The position numbers were made by a program, and so were the translations under genes. A stretch of DNA of 64,000 nt from Cetorhinus maximus (lineage: Eukaryota), in the NCBI RefSeq assembly GCF_964194155.1, contig NC_135883.1:6324001-6388000 (forward strand), in the 5' to 3' direction. Shown in pieces: positions 1 through 12,780 of this stretch (position 1 is its first letter; every line of letters begins with the position of its first letter). The notes under the pieces were generated by a model. It was not told the DNA's origin and did no database searches. It saw only the letters and a program-made list of their open reading frames with translations.

Positions 1-499
1 TTATGTTATTGCATAGCCAACCATATCTGTAGCTGCAGTTTTTTTTAGAATCATAGTTCATAGTTTAAAAAAAATATGTTCCCACTAAACAAAAGAGGTT
101 TCAGCTGTGGTTACGTGTCCAACCTGACAGGCCTGAACTGAAGCTTTTTGACTAAAAGCCAAAGCTACTTGAAAATCCTCTAACATGTTTCACCAGGGTA
201 GGGCTTGAGCTTGCCTCTCTAACTCCATCGCAACATCAGCCCATTTTCTTTGGTGAGAGGTTGTAGGGTACGCACACCAAGTTCCCTTTAGGATTGCTGC
301 TGCCAGTGCCTAGCTGCACAATTCCAGGACTCGGAGAGCAGGAAAGGGGCAGTCAGAAAGGGATACATCCAAGGGGAGAGAAATTCAAACCATGGTAATC
401 CGACAGTAGTTGTCCACAGTGCTGGATACGGCTTATTCTCTGCCATTATCCCATCCTGTTTCAGATAGAATCACAGAAGAATTAGGCTTGTTATTTTTT

Positions 500-3305
500 C
501 TGCAAATTGTTTATGGTGAAATGAACAGAAGATACTGCTCACTATAGGTATTAAACATGCACTAACTCTACAAGCGAAGAAAATGATGAATAACACATGA
601 ATGATGAGCTCAAATCAGATGGTATGGACTGTTGAGGGAATCTTGTCCATCGCAACAGCCATATCATGAAGAAAGTTTCATATTTGGAGAGTCACAGAAT
701 AATTACTTGGACAAACATCTTGCTGTGAACCTGAGGCTTTTAAGGTTTAAGATTCATAATTCCTGTTCCTGATTATTGTCTGACAGTCTTTGCCAGGAGC
801 GAGTGTTTATATGCATGATGAGATTGAACAAATTGGTAATAGGGTTACCAATTTATGCTGTGCCCTGCACTGTGCATAGTCTGAGGTGCACAAATTTCTT
901 TCACTTTTCAATTTGATCCATTTATGCCGCTATATTGCTTCAGTAGATGATCGCACCATAAACAGTACCTGGTTGAAACACGTCAGCACCATAACTTCAC
1001 TTAAGCGGAAGTAGCTTGGCAACACAATTAATGATGCCACTAAATACATAACAAATCTCTCTGACCATGTACTCTCAGAAAGCGAGGAGTTTGTTCTTGC
1101 GCATGGTTTCAGTTTTGGCGTGCCTTCAACCCAAATCAAAGGGGAAGAGGTATTTGCTGATTTCAAACTCCTCTACTCTCAACTATCCCACCACAAACCA
1201 GCATTTACTGAAGACGCTGAATCCTTGAAAACATGCCTAGCTGATCTAGTGCACAAATATGGCGGGATTCCAAACGAGCTGTCTGACTTTAACATGCAAC
1301 GCGAGTGTCTTACAGTGTTGCAAGGCCTTAAGACCAACCTGGGCTTTATACATCAATAAACCTGACAAAGGGACAGCAATAGTCATCCTTAGCAAGCGTG
1401 ACTAGATCAACAAAATGCACGCCATTCTTAATGACAGGTCCAAATTCGTATCCATTGGACCTGCTGTTCAACATGACCAGACAGCTCGAAAGTAGGCTGC
1501 AAAAATCGCTTGCTAGACTTGAGTAAGAGCGATGAGCTATCGCGCGATATATATGACAGGGTTTGCCCTCCCGGTTCGCTGCATCCGCGTATGCACGGGC
1601 TACCCAAGACACAAAAAAGCGCTGCCCCTTTACATCGGTCCTACACAATATGAATTGGCCAAATGGTTGGGTGAATTGTTACAACCAGTTTTCACCACAT
1701 TGTCCACATACACGGTGAAGGACTCCTTCACATTTGTACACCGACAGCAATGCTGTGTCCATGTGCCCATTTGACATTGCTAGCCTCTTCACCAATGTTC
1801 CACTTAAGGAAGCCACAGATATTTGCACTGCAGCACTATATCATGGCGATCGAGATCCAGCACCATTGTGTAAATCAGTATTCATTGAGCTTATCCTGGC
1901 AATTCGCAGTTGAGTTCAGTTTTGATGACACCATGTATGACCAAATAGATGGTGTTGCCATGGAACCTCTAAGCCCAGCTCTCACAAACATCTTTGTTGG
2001 GTTCCATGAGAAACATGTCTTCAATAGAATGACACCTAACCTCCTACCCCTTGCATATTTCCGATATGTGGATGATACATCAGCTACATTTAAATCTACA
2101 GCTGCATGTAATAATTTACTTACATGCCTTAATGGGTACCATCCTGTGCTCAAATTCACTTTTGAGATGGAGCAGTCAAATGAACTCCCCTTCCTTGACA
2201 TACGAGTTGAAAAATCTGCCAGAGGGTTCTCTATCACATTCTACCGCAAACCTACCTTCATTGGTCAATATACACGTTGGAACTCCTACAGTTCCACACA
2301 CTATGAGATTGGTCTTATCAGCAGCCTTGTAAATAAGGCCCGAGCCATTTTCTCACCACGCAAGCTTGATGCTGAAATAGGGGCATCAAAGGCATCCTGC
2401 AGGATAATGGCTACCCTGATCAGATCATTTTGCGTTGTATTTCACACAAACTCATGTACGGGCCTAAGGCTGTCACTTTCAGCCCTGAAAAGTGCCCAGT
2501 CTACCTCAGATGACCCGGGAAGGGCAAAGTATCTCAAACATTTGAGCAACAGGTGAAGCTAGCTGTTTCACACTGCTACTGTGCAGTAGCAACGTAAGTG
2601 ATATTCACCACTGACAGGATGCTGCCATCAAGCCAAAAAGATGTGCTGCGTATCACACCAATGAGTAATGTGATATATGAATTTCAGTGCCAGTGTGATG
2701 CTAGGTATGTAGGCCGTACATCCCAAAGACTGGTGGTTGGTATTGAACAGCATGTCCCTTGCACTGCTCACAATGGGCAGGGTACAGACCGTACCCAACC
2801 AGCCTGTGCCTGAAAAACTCAAAACACAGTCTCCAACATTAGATATGATTCCGCGATTGGACAACATTTGCTAAATAATCCTCAATGTGCTAATAATTAT
2901 TCTGACAACCAATTTAAAATTGTCAGTTGGGCTCATAGTGTGGAAGCTACATATATTAATACACAGGACCCTGTTCTTTGCAGACAGAAAGAACATGTAC
3001 ATACACATTGTGCCTGTTTCAGCTAAACAAAATAAATGACAGCCATTTGCTGACTCATTCCTCAGGGCAATGCCTTGACCAATCAGGGTCAAGCTGCCTG
3101 GTTTAAATTTCAAACAATGCTTGGCAGTTAACTGTCAGCCACCATCACTGGTCCATTCTCCATGGCAACGCCACTTGCCAACCAATCAGCACTCTCTTCA
3201 CATACAGAATAAATAGTTGTTTTCCCTTTAAATTGGTATTCTTGCAAAGTGTCCTGATGAGTGCAAAATGAAAATCTTAGACATGTCTCTTTTTTCAGCA
3301 ATGCC
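500..3305 (+). mobile_element. Penelope-like retroelement (RT + GIY-YIG endonuclease), decayed
   Basis: Frameshifted ORF pieces in the expected order: YTVKDSFTF (1532-1774); YDQIDGVAM, YFRYVDD, LKFTFEMEQSNELPFLD and YRKPT (1750-2556); GIY-YIG motif SNVIYEFQCQCDARYVGRTSQRL (2598-2813). A hammerhead motif lies at the 3' end. The 5' boundary is approximate. Confidence 0.92.
3250..3283 (+). ncRNA. Minimal type I hammerhead ribozyme motif (Penelope-associated)
   Basis: TGTC-CTGATGA-GT(GCAAA)AT-GAAA-ATCT-TA-GACA. Stem I is TGTC/GACA, the CUGAUGA and GAAA core boxes are intact, stem II is 2 bp, and the cleavage triplet UUA fits NUH. Confidence 0.75.
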
Positions 3306-4053
3306 TTTAGAAGCCTAAGTTTTAATACTGATTCAAGAAACGATCAAGTTTGACAGTGTTAATACTCACCCTCCCTCCCTCTATTTTGAAATATCTTCCT
3401 CATAGTCACTGTGAACCATTTCACATTTGAATAACACTATTTTCACTAAGAGAATGGCTGATGTCTATGGAATCGTGAACATGCAATTTATACCTTCAAA
3501 AGAGGTGGGGAAAAGAGAAACTAGTGAAAAAAAGAAACAGTGGTCGCTGTAAATTATTGTAATACATGGAGATCATTTTTCAATGTACTAAAAGAATTGG
3601 TTCCTTGCCCTAATAGTTAGCTCAACAGAAAACAGTAGGGAAGGTTTTTTAAAAACTGTTTGGTCTGTTATTATTTCTGATGATTACATACTGATTACAT
3701 TATTCAGCTAAGAAGCTGAATTAAAAATGGATTAATTACCGGCATTAGATTCATAATACTGAATAAGAGCTAATTCAGAATGGAATTATTGTGGTAAAGC
3801 TTTGACAGTGAGAGAAAAGACCTGCTGTTGAAAGCATATGCACCCAGCACATTCCCCATTTACTGCAATGGAGAATAAAATGATTGGGTGTTATAGGGAT
3901 GAAATTGTGAGGGCCGCCTGTCTCTTGTTGCACTCCTGTATCTCAATTTTTCCACAGTTGGAGTAGTGCTGACAGTAGTAAAGATACCCGGGCTCCATAT
4001 GCACATACAGAAATCCATACAATATATATTTTTCATTCTTGCTTGATTTCACA

Positions 4054-4906
4054 GGGCCGGAATTTCATGAAGGAGACAAGAGGCCATGAAGCAGGAAAGT
4101 TCCTAACCCGCAAACCTGTCTCTCTGTTAGGGAGGCCCATGCCTGGCATGTTTTTGTTCCAGGGAGGCGGGGGCAGGATGCAATCAGGACCACGGCCTCC
4201 AGAGGCAGGATGGTGAGGTCGGCAGGCAAAAAGATCCCCTTTCTGTTGACTGGGACATTGGCCCAGATGTAATCATGACTGCCTGGCCTTCAGGCCCTCA
4301 GCCCTCTGGAAAAACATACTGACTATCTGTTCAGCCTGCTTTTGTTTATATAGTTGCCAGATGGCCTCATTATGAATGCTTCGCTAAGCTCCAAGAATGA
4401 CTAATTCACTTAGCTGAGCACGCAATGTTGACATAGTTGCAGAGTGGAGTACAAGCTTTGTTTGATTGGCATCTTAATTATCTTGTAATAAGTTGTTCTT
4501 GCTTTGATGTGGTTTTTCAGTACCTGACTGAGTTTAAGATTAAGAAGTATAAGCTTTAGTTTATTGTCATTGATAGAAAAATGATTGCAATTGATTGCCG
4601 GCTTTATGAGAAAGTAAGAGGGGCAATGTATTTCAAAGGGACTGTTAAATGGCTGCTTTTCTTCGATTGCCTATTCAGGATGAGGATTTCCCCATTGTCC
4701 GTGACTCCTCTGAGGTACTGTGAGCCACATCTACCAAAGGAATAGGCCCTGCTCCATCAAAATTGCTGAGGGTTTGAAATGCCCAGCCCTGCAATGCAGC
4801 CAGCAAGGACAGGCATGTTGTGTGCGGGCTGGGAGAAATCCTATAATTGAGCTCTGACCCCACTCGTCCCTGTTCCAACCCAGACGGAGGCATGAAATCC
4901 CAGCCT
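4054..4906. mobile_element. Harbinger-type non-autonomous element (MITE-like)
   Basis: Imperfect TIRs GGGCCGGAATTTCATG / CATGAAATCCCAGCCT, with a 3-bp TSD ACA on both sides. Confidence 0.65.
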
Positions 4907-5339
4907 ACAATGTCTATTTACATTCGATTTATTTTCTAGTATTACTCTGCTTGTTTCAAGTTAGATTGTCTGGCACTTCTTTTAAACCCAGAAGAAAGAA
5001 TACAACAGCAATATATAAATATCATCTGAAATCGTGTTTAGGCATTTGGCCTAATGGAACAGAGTCTCACCTCACCAAGGCACTTAAATCTGCCACCTTT
5101 TCCCTGACCATTTGGAGCCCTCTGGTATCATTCTTAATGTTTAAGGCCAGGCAGTGATGTTGGCAAGCTTTCTGAGTGGGGGTATGCCATTGTGAATGAG
5201 TCCATGTAATTCTTTGTCCGGGCCCCCATATTGTGCACTTTGTCGTTGTGGTCAGTAAGTGGCTATGAGAATTGGGTACCATGGCTGATTTTTTTGGCTC
5301 CATAGCTCAGGGATGACTAAAGCTGATTCGAGTGCCCTC

Positions 5340-7738
5340 CTCCCCCATCTTGCTTACAATTACCTCTTATTCTTAAACTGTGTTCCTTAATTCTAGTCTC
5401 CCTCACAAGTGAAAACATCCTCCTGGTATCTACACTATCAAGTCCCCTGAGGATTTTATACGCTCCGATAAGACCACCTCTCATTCTTCTCCACTGCAAT
5501 AGGTATAGGCCCAACCTTTTCAACCTTTCCTTATAGGATAAGCCCTTCAGCCCAGGAATGAGTTGGGTGAACCATCTCTTCTGCTTCTAATGCAATTATA
5601 TCTTTTTTTTGGAATAAAGAGACCAAAGCCGTACACAGTACTCCAGATGTGGTCCCCACCAATGCCCTGTACAATTGCAGTAAAACTTCCTTACTTTCAT
5701 ACTTCATTCCCCTTGCATTAAACACCAACATTCCATTTGCCTTCCTAATCACTTACTACATCTGCATACTAACTTTTTGTGATTCATGTCAGGACTTCCA
5801 GATCCCTCTGTACCACTGGGTTCTTCAATCTCTCTCCATTTAACTAATATACTGTTTTTCTATTCTTCCTGCCAAAGTGAACAAGTTCACATTTACCCAC
5901 ACTATACTCCTTCAGCCAAATTTTTGCCCACTCACTTAACCTGTCTATATCCCTTTGCAGAATCTCTACCTCCTCTTGACAACTTACTCTCCTACCTATC
6001 TTGGTGTCATCGGCAAATTTAGCTACCACACATTCAGTCGCTTCACCCAAGTCACTGATGTAGACTGTAAATAGTTGAGGCCCCAGCACTGATCCTTGTG
6101 ACACTCCACTAGTTACAGCTGGCCAATTCAAAAATAAACCCATTTGTCCCAACTCTCTGCTTCTTGTTAGTTTACCAATCCTTTATCCATTCTAATATGT
6201 TACCCCCTACACCTTGTTCTCTTATCTTGTGTAGTAATCTTTCATGTGGCACTTTATCAATTGCCTTTTTGAAATCCAAGTGCACCACAGCTACAGGTGC
6301 CTGTTTATCTACCTTGCTTGTTACTTCCACAAAAATAACTCTAATAAATTAGTTAAACATGATTTCCCTTTCACAAATCCATGTTGACCCAGCCTGATCA
6401 CATTATGATTTTCTAAGTATCCTGCTATAACCTCCTTAATAATGGATTCTAGCAATTTCCCTAGGACAGATGTTAAGTTAACTGGCCTATAGCTTCCTGC
6501 TTTCTGCCTCCCTCCTTTCTTGAGTAAAGGTGTTACATTAGCTATTTTCCAATCCACTGGGACCCTTTCCAGAATCTGATGAATTTTGGAAGATTATAAC
6601 CAATGCATCTATTATCCCTGCAGCCACTTCTTCGAAGACCCTAGGATGCAGGCCATCTTGTCCTGCAGGCTTGTCAGCTTTTCAGTCTAATAGTTTTCCC
6701 AGCACCTTTTCCCTTATGATGGTGATTGTTTTAAGTTCCTCCCTCCCATTCAACTTTTGATTTTCAACTATCTTTGGGAAGTTAGTTAAGTCTACCGCAG
6801 CGATGACAGATGCAAAATACTGTTCAATACCTCGGCCATTTCCTTGTCTTCCCTCATCAATTTCCCACATTCGCTCATAGAAACCCTTACTATTTGTTTT
6901 TATATTACTAGCTAGTCTTCTCTCATATTCAACTCTTTCCCTCTTTATTACCTTTCTCATTCTTTGCTGGTTCTTAAAATCTATCCAATCCTCTGATCTA
7001 CCACTAATCTTTGCAGGTATGTACAGTGCTTCTTTTAATTTAATACTACCCTTAACTTCCTGATTTAGCCATGGATGATGCATCCTTTTCAAAGAGCCCT
7101 TCTTTCCCACTGGGATAAATCTTTTCTGAGTGTTGTTAAATATCTCCTTAAACCTGTCACTGCTTTTCTACTGTCCCACCTTTTGAACTAGTTTCCTGGT
7201 TCACTTGAGCTAGCTGCTTTCATACCCTGATAACTACCTTTATTCAGGTTTAAAACATTTGTATTAAACCCACACTTCTGCCCTTCAAACTGAACATACA
7301 ATTCTATCATGTTATGATCACTGTCACCTAGAGATCCTTTACCATGAGATTTTTGATTGATCCTGTCTCATTGCTCATTACCAGGTCTAGAATAGCTTGC
7401 TCTCTGGTTGGCTCTAGAATGTACTGCTCAAAGAAATCATCCCACATATACTCTATGAACTCATTTTCCAAGCTATCTTTGCCCATCTGATTTGTCCAAT
7501 CTACATGTAGATTAAAGTCACCCCTGATTATTGCAATACCTTTCTTACAAGCCCCATTTATTCCTTGCTTTGTACTCTGTTCTACAGTGTAACTACTATT
7601 AGGGGGCATATAAACTACTCCCACAAATGACCTCTTACCTTACCTATTTCTTATCTCTATCCAAGCTGACTCTACCTCTTGCCCTTTCAAGCTAAGGTCA
7701 TCTCTCACTACTGTACTTATGGCATCCTTAATTAACAG
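5340..7738 (-). mobile_element. CR1 LINE family A, 3' part of ORF2 (continues at 12344 beyond the Gypsy insertion)
   Basis: Minus-strand fragments GDFNLH..AILDLV (endonuclease), WKIANVTPLLKKG..YRPVNLTS..QHGFVKGKSCLTNLLE, GVSQGSVLGPQLF..KFADDTK and RRMRGGLIGAYKILRG. Confidence 0.93.
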
Positions 7739-7907
7739 TGTTTCCTGTTCAAAGATTACAGTGCTATCTCACCATCTTCTCAGTCTGAAGTCTTTATGGC
7801 ACTGATTGTAAGGTGGCAGCTTACAGAGCTTCCCTCATGGCAGAGATCCCATGACTACAACAAGCTCAATAGGACAAGTAGTACTGTTGCATTTCAAAAC
7901 CCAAACA
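7739..7907 (-). repeat. 3' LTR of Gypsy element (169 bp)
   Basis: Direct repeat of 12186-12343. The adjacent CCACCCCCCCCTTTT from 7908 is the polypurine tract on the minus strand. Confidence 0.93.
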
Positions 7908-10900
7908 CCACCCCCCCCTTTTCATAACGAACAAAAGGTCCAAACATCCTCCTTTTCCTAATGAACAGAAGACACATTTGCATGCACAATCATGTGTAGT
8001 TGTGAGTTACCCAAGTTACCCACTGTTCTCATGCATTAATAACTGTTTGCCCTACTAGTCAGTCTCTGCCCCTGCATTGCATACATAGTCTTTAAATCAT
8101 GCAGGCCTCTTAATGGTACGCATGCGTGTTGTCATTGGTTGTTTGTCTGGGTGATGTTCCTTGTCCAGCAGGTGTCGCTCCCATGGCACTTGTTGCCGTG
8201 GTAACTGTTGTTGCTCCATTGCCATTGCTGGGGACCCCTGTACAGCTGGTGAGAACCCTTCTCCCTGACTGGTTGATTTCTGTGAAGGAACTGCTTCAAT
8301 AGTTATGTATATATGCCTGTGGTTGCACCGGTATATTTGGTCGTTCACTTCCACTGCATACGATTGCGGTGACAATTTCTCTATGCATGTCCCAAGTTTT
8401 GACATGGGCTGACTCCTGTTGAGATCATTGACTGGCTTTCCAATGCTCAGCCCTGGTAGTGGTTTGACAGTCTTGTCAAGCTAAAATTTGGCTTTCTGCT
8501 GTTTCACCTTGATTTTTTTCACTCACGCCTGTTACTACTTCTGGTTTCAGTAGGTTTTTGCTATCAGAAGAGTGGTTTGGGTGGGGCATGACATTAGGCT
8601 TTGGACTGGGCTACTTTCCATACCTTCAGTTGATGTGTATCTCCACTCAAAGATCGCCTTGTATACATCTGTGCTAGGTTTGCTCGATTTCTTAATGAGT
8701 CCTTTGGCGATTTTCACTGCCTTCTCAGCCTTTCCATGTGACTGGGGACAGTGTGAAGATTATCTGTGGTGTTGAATTTCCCAATCTTTTGTGAAACGAC
8801 TGAATTCTTCACTCATGAACTAAGGACCATCATCACTCATCACAATGTCTGGAATGCCATACGGACTGAAGTGTGCTTTCAGGCATTCTACTATTTCTCC
8901 TGTCATCGTTAAAGACAACTGGTCTAACTCCCAGTAGTCAGAATAGTAGTCTACAATGACAGTCTTCAGTTCCTGCTAAAGTGTAAAGGTCTACTCCCAG
9001 CTTCATCATGGTCTGTCTGGGATGTCATGCAACAATCACAGCCCACTAGCTTGTTTAGCTTGGTACTTGTAACAAGCACCGCACTGGCCTATGTGGTCTT
9101 TAATTTCATTGCACATGTTTGGCCAGTAGAGCATTTCTCTTGCCTTTCTCAAAGTCAGTTCAATTCCTTGATGGCTTGCATGGATGCACTTCAGCATCTC
9201 TCCTCTCTATTCCCTCTGTACAAGATGTCATCTTGGGCTGTCAATTCATCTCAGTATGCCCAGCATGCTCTTGTGACCACAAGTGTGTCCTTGATGCTCT
9301 TCATCACCACTTCTTGTAGTGCTTGGAGAGTTGCATCTTGTTGGGTAGTTCACTTGATTTGAGAAAGGCGCTTGTCTGTCATATTCAATGTCTCTGCTAG
9401 GTTGATCACTTCCAGATCATGTCTAGCTGCTGCTTCACATTGAATCTGGAAGATTTCAAATTCTGTCATAGCATCCTCAACTTTCTCCATGGGAAGTGCT
9501 GCTCTCAACATCATGTCTGCACTGTACATTTGTGTCCCTTGCTTGTATGTCACATCCAGATGATGTGTCTGTAAATGAAATAACATTCTTTGCAGATGCT
9601 TTGGAGCAGATACTAGTGGTTTGAGAAAAATGCTTTGAAGTGGCTTGTGGTCAGACTCCACTGTGACTTTGTCTCTCCCAAGCAGGTATTGATGAAAATG
9701 CTCACAAGCAAAAACAATAGCCAGGCACTCTTTCTCGATCTGACCACTGCATCATTCCGTTTGCGTTACTGCAAATGTGACCAGTAGTCCTTGCTGCATT
9801 AGGGTTGCTCCAAGACCTTTCTCACTGGCAGCACACTGCAAGGTGACTTAATCATTGATGTCATAGTATTTCAGCACTGGTGTTGTTGTCACTATTTGTT
9901 TGATTTTAGTGAACACTGCTTCTTGTTCTGTGTCCCAATATCACTGCACCTCATCGGCAGTGAGCTTGCATAATGGTTCACATTCCAACAACAGACAAGG
10001 CAAAAATAGTTCACAAACCTAACAAATCGTTGCACATCTGTTGATCGCTGTTGTAGCTCTCACATTGTCAGGATCTGGGCAAAGACCTTTTGCTTTCAGT
10101 ACATGACATATGTACTTGATTTCAGGCATCTTCAGATGCATTTTTTTTTGTTCAGCTTCAGGTTCATCTGGTGAGCTCTCTCCAGCAGTTGTATTGAATT
10201 CTGATTATGGTCAGTTATGGCTTCTTCCATTGTGTCTCCACATCCATAGACTAGTAGATCATCCATTACGGCTTCCACACTGTGAAGATTACTGCCTACC
10301 TCATGCTGTCTGCGTTGATACTCTTCTGGAGCCGTGGAAATGCCAAACAGCCTGCGCAACCATCTGTATCTCCTGAACGGCGTCCAGAATGATGTTAGGA
10401 AGCTGCTGCTTTCATCCAGCTTCAATTAACAGTAACCATCCTTCACATCTACGGTAGTAAAGGTCTTTGCCAGGGCAAGGTGCATGCAGCAAAATTCCTT
10501 CGATGGTTGGCATCGGGTAGAGAGATCTCTTCAGCGCTTTACTTAGATCCTTTGGGTTAAAGCATACTCACAGCTTTCCAGGTTGTTTCACTACTACCAT
10601 GCTGCTAATCCAGACTGTAAGAGCTGTTACTTTCTTGATTACTCCCTTCTTTTCCAGCTCTTCTATCTCGTTTTTTAGGGTCGACTTGAGGGCAGCTGGA
10701 ACCTTCTTGGCAGATGCTGAATTGGCCTTACGCTGTCATCCACTTCTAGATGATATTCTCCAGGTAAACAACCCAACCTTGTAAAGACATTTTTGTACTC
10801 CTCTAGGATCTGTTCGGCAGTCAATGGTTTTGTGTGCTACGACATGTTGTAAATCCTTGTTACTATTCCAAGCTTTAGATTTGCTCCAGCTGATATGAAT

Positions 10901-12167
10901 GGCTGTTTCGCCCCATCCAAGACCTGGAACTCTAGATCTTCCTTATTATCATTGCGTTGAGCTCTCAGACTAATTTGTCCTTTTGTTATGAGTATCGTGC
11001 CATCATATAGCCTCAATCTTACTTTCAAGGGCTTAATTTTTGGATCGCCTCGTTGAGCCACTTCGCACAGGTCTGTGCAGGTCATGATGTTGCATCACAC
11101 ACCAGTGTCTATCTGGCACTTCTTGTTCATTTGATACTCTCCTGCGATCATCACTGTAACAGTCACAAATCACCTATATCCCAAGTAGACTTGACGAAAT
11201 CAACCTGTTGTATGGTATATAGTGCTTCATCAAATTCTTCTGCTGATATCTCTCAGGTGGCGTCTGTATAGGCATGTTTTGCTTTTTTCTAGCTAAACAC
11301 TTGTATACAAAATGATTCTGCTTCTTGCACTGCTTTCCCCATGCTGGGCAATCCTTCCTTTCCTTTGTATGATGTTGCCGGAGTATTTGCATCCTGCCCT
11401 TTATCCGCGATTGTTCTGCTCTTTCGGCCTGGGTTATCTTGCAGCATAATGTATCTTCTGGTCTGTTCTGCCATACACATGCTCTAACTGACGTTTTATA
11501 ACCTCTGTATTTCTACACACGTCCATCGCTTTCCTGAGCATAAGTTTCTCCTCTTTCAGTGGACTTGCTCTCACCGTAGGTCTCATAGGCCTAAGAGAAT
11601 TCTATCTTTAATAAGATGATATTTTAGCTATCTGAATTCACACGATTCTACAAGCTGTGTTACTGTAGTCACACACTGATCAATGGGCTTGTTTTCACCT
11701 TGAGCTCTAGTGTTGAATACATAGTATTCGTAAGTGACATTCACTCGGTTCAAGAAGTTCGTTCAAGGCTTTCAAATCTCTGATTTCATCTGTTTTCTTC
11801 GTTCATCAGTTAGATTTAGGATGGTGCGCAATTTGTAGCAGTCCCTCCCCAGCAATGTTAGAAGTGTGGGTGACTCTTAGCAGTTCCAGCTTGTTAATTA
11901 AATCTGTTGCCAGCTCTTAGTTTTGTTATTGCAAATGGAAAAACTGCCAGTTCTGCCACGTATCTCATTTTGACAGGAGCTGGGAGTAGAAAGTTTACTG
12001 TCATGTTCACTCAGCCAGTGTTTTTACTTGCAGCCACGCCTTCGGTATGTGTTTGCCTTTCCTTGACTGTTTTTTTAGCAGCTTTTAGCAGATTAGAACA
12101 TTTCTCTGTGTCTTTCTGAGCTGTGTCTTCTCTGCAGCATTTCCAGGATTTCAAAACTTGATTTTAT

Positions 12168-12185
12168 CTCCACTTCCTGACACCA
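12168..12185 (-). promoter_or_regulatory. Primer-binding site, tRNA-Leu-like
   Basis: The minus strand reads TGGTGTCAGGAAGTGGAG immediately after the 5' LTR. It is complementary to a ..CACU(U/C)CUGACACCA tRNA-Leu 3' end with one extra base. Confidence 0.75.
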
Positions 12186-12343
12186 TGTTTCATGTTCAAA
12201 GATTGCAGCATCTTCTCAGTCTGAAGTCTATACTGAACTGATTGTGAGACGGCAGCTTACAGAGCTTCACTCATAGCAGAGGTCACATGACTATAGCAAG
12301 CCAGATAGAACATGTAGTGCTGTTCTATTTCAAAACCCAAACA
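12186..12343 (-). repeat. 5' LTR of Gypsy element (158 bp)
   Basis: About 85% identical by eye to 7739-7907, plus one indel of about 11 bp. Termini are TG..CA. Confidence 0.93.
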
Positions 12344-12780
12344 AAGAGAGCTACCCTGCCACCTTTACCTAGCTTCCTATCCTTTTGAAATGTCAAATAT
12401 CCTTCAATATTCAGGTCCCAGCCTTGGTCACCCTGCAACTATGTCTCTGTGATGGCTATCAGGTCATATATATTTATTTCTATCTGTGCTAACAATTCAT
12501 CCATTTTGTTACGAATGCTGAATGCATTCAGATACAGACCCTTTAACTCTGTCTTTTAACGATTTTTGCAACCTCTGGCCTTATCTGCTGGTGCACTCTT
12601 AGGTTTGTACTCTCTGTCCCTTTCTGCCACACTCTGGTTATCTTTACCTAAATCACTACACTGCCCCAGTACCTTGTTGTTACCCTTTGATTTACCACAT
12701 CTCTCTCACGGTCCCTTCCCCCTACTATTTAGTTTAAAGTCGTCTCTACCACCCGAGTTATACGGGTCCATACCACACTG
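12344..12780 (-). mobile_element. CR1 LINE family A, 5' continuation of the copy at 5340-7738
   Basis: Colinear with the uninterrupted sister copy at about 63080-63490 (AGAGCTACCC..CAGGTCCCAGCCTTGGTCAC..CTATTTAGTTTAAAG). Confidence 0.88.

Larger units (their letters stand above)
7739..12343 (-). mobile_element. Full-length decayed Ty3/Gypsy LTR retrotransposon, about 4.6 kb
   Basis: Two LTRs (TGTTT..AAACA) and a 5-bp TSD AACAG/AAGAG. Minus-strand order is gag CCHC (CPAWGKQC..NH..C), protease, RT (FWTPFRRYRW..VMDDLLVYG), RNase H (ESDHKPL..LQRML), integrase. PBS and PPT are present. Confidence 0.95.
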
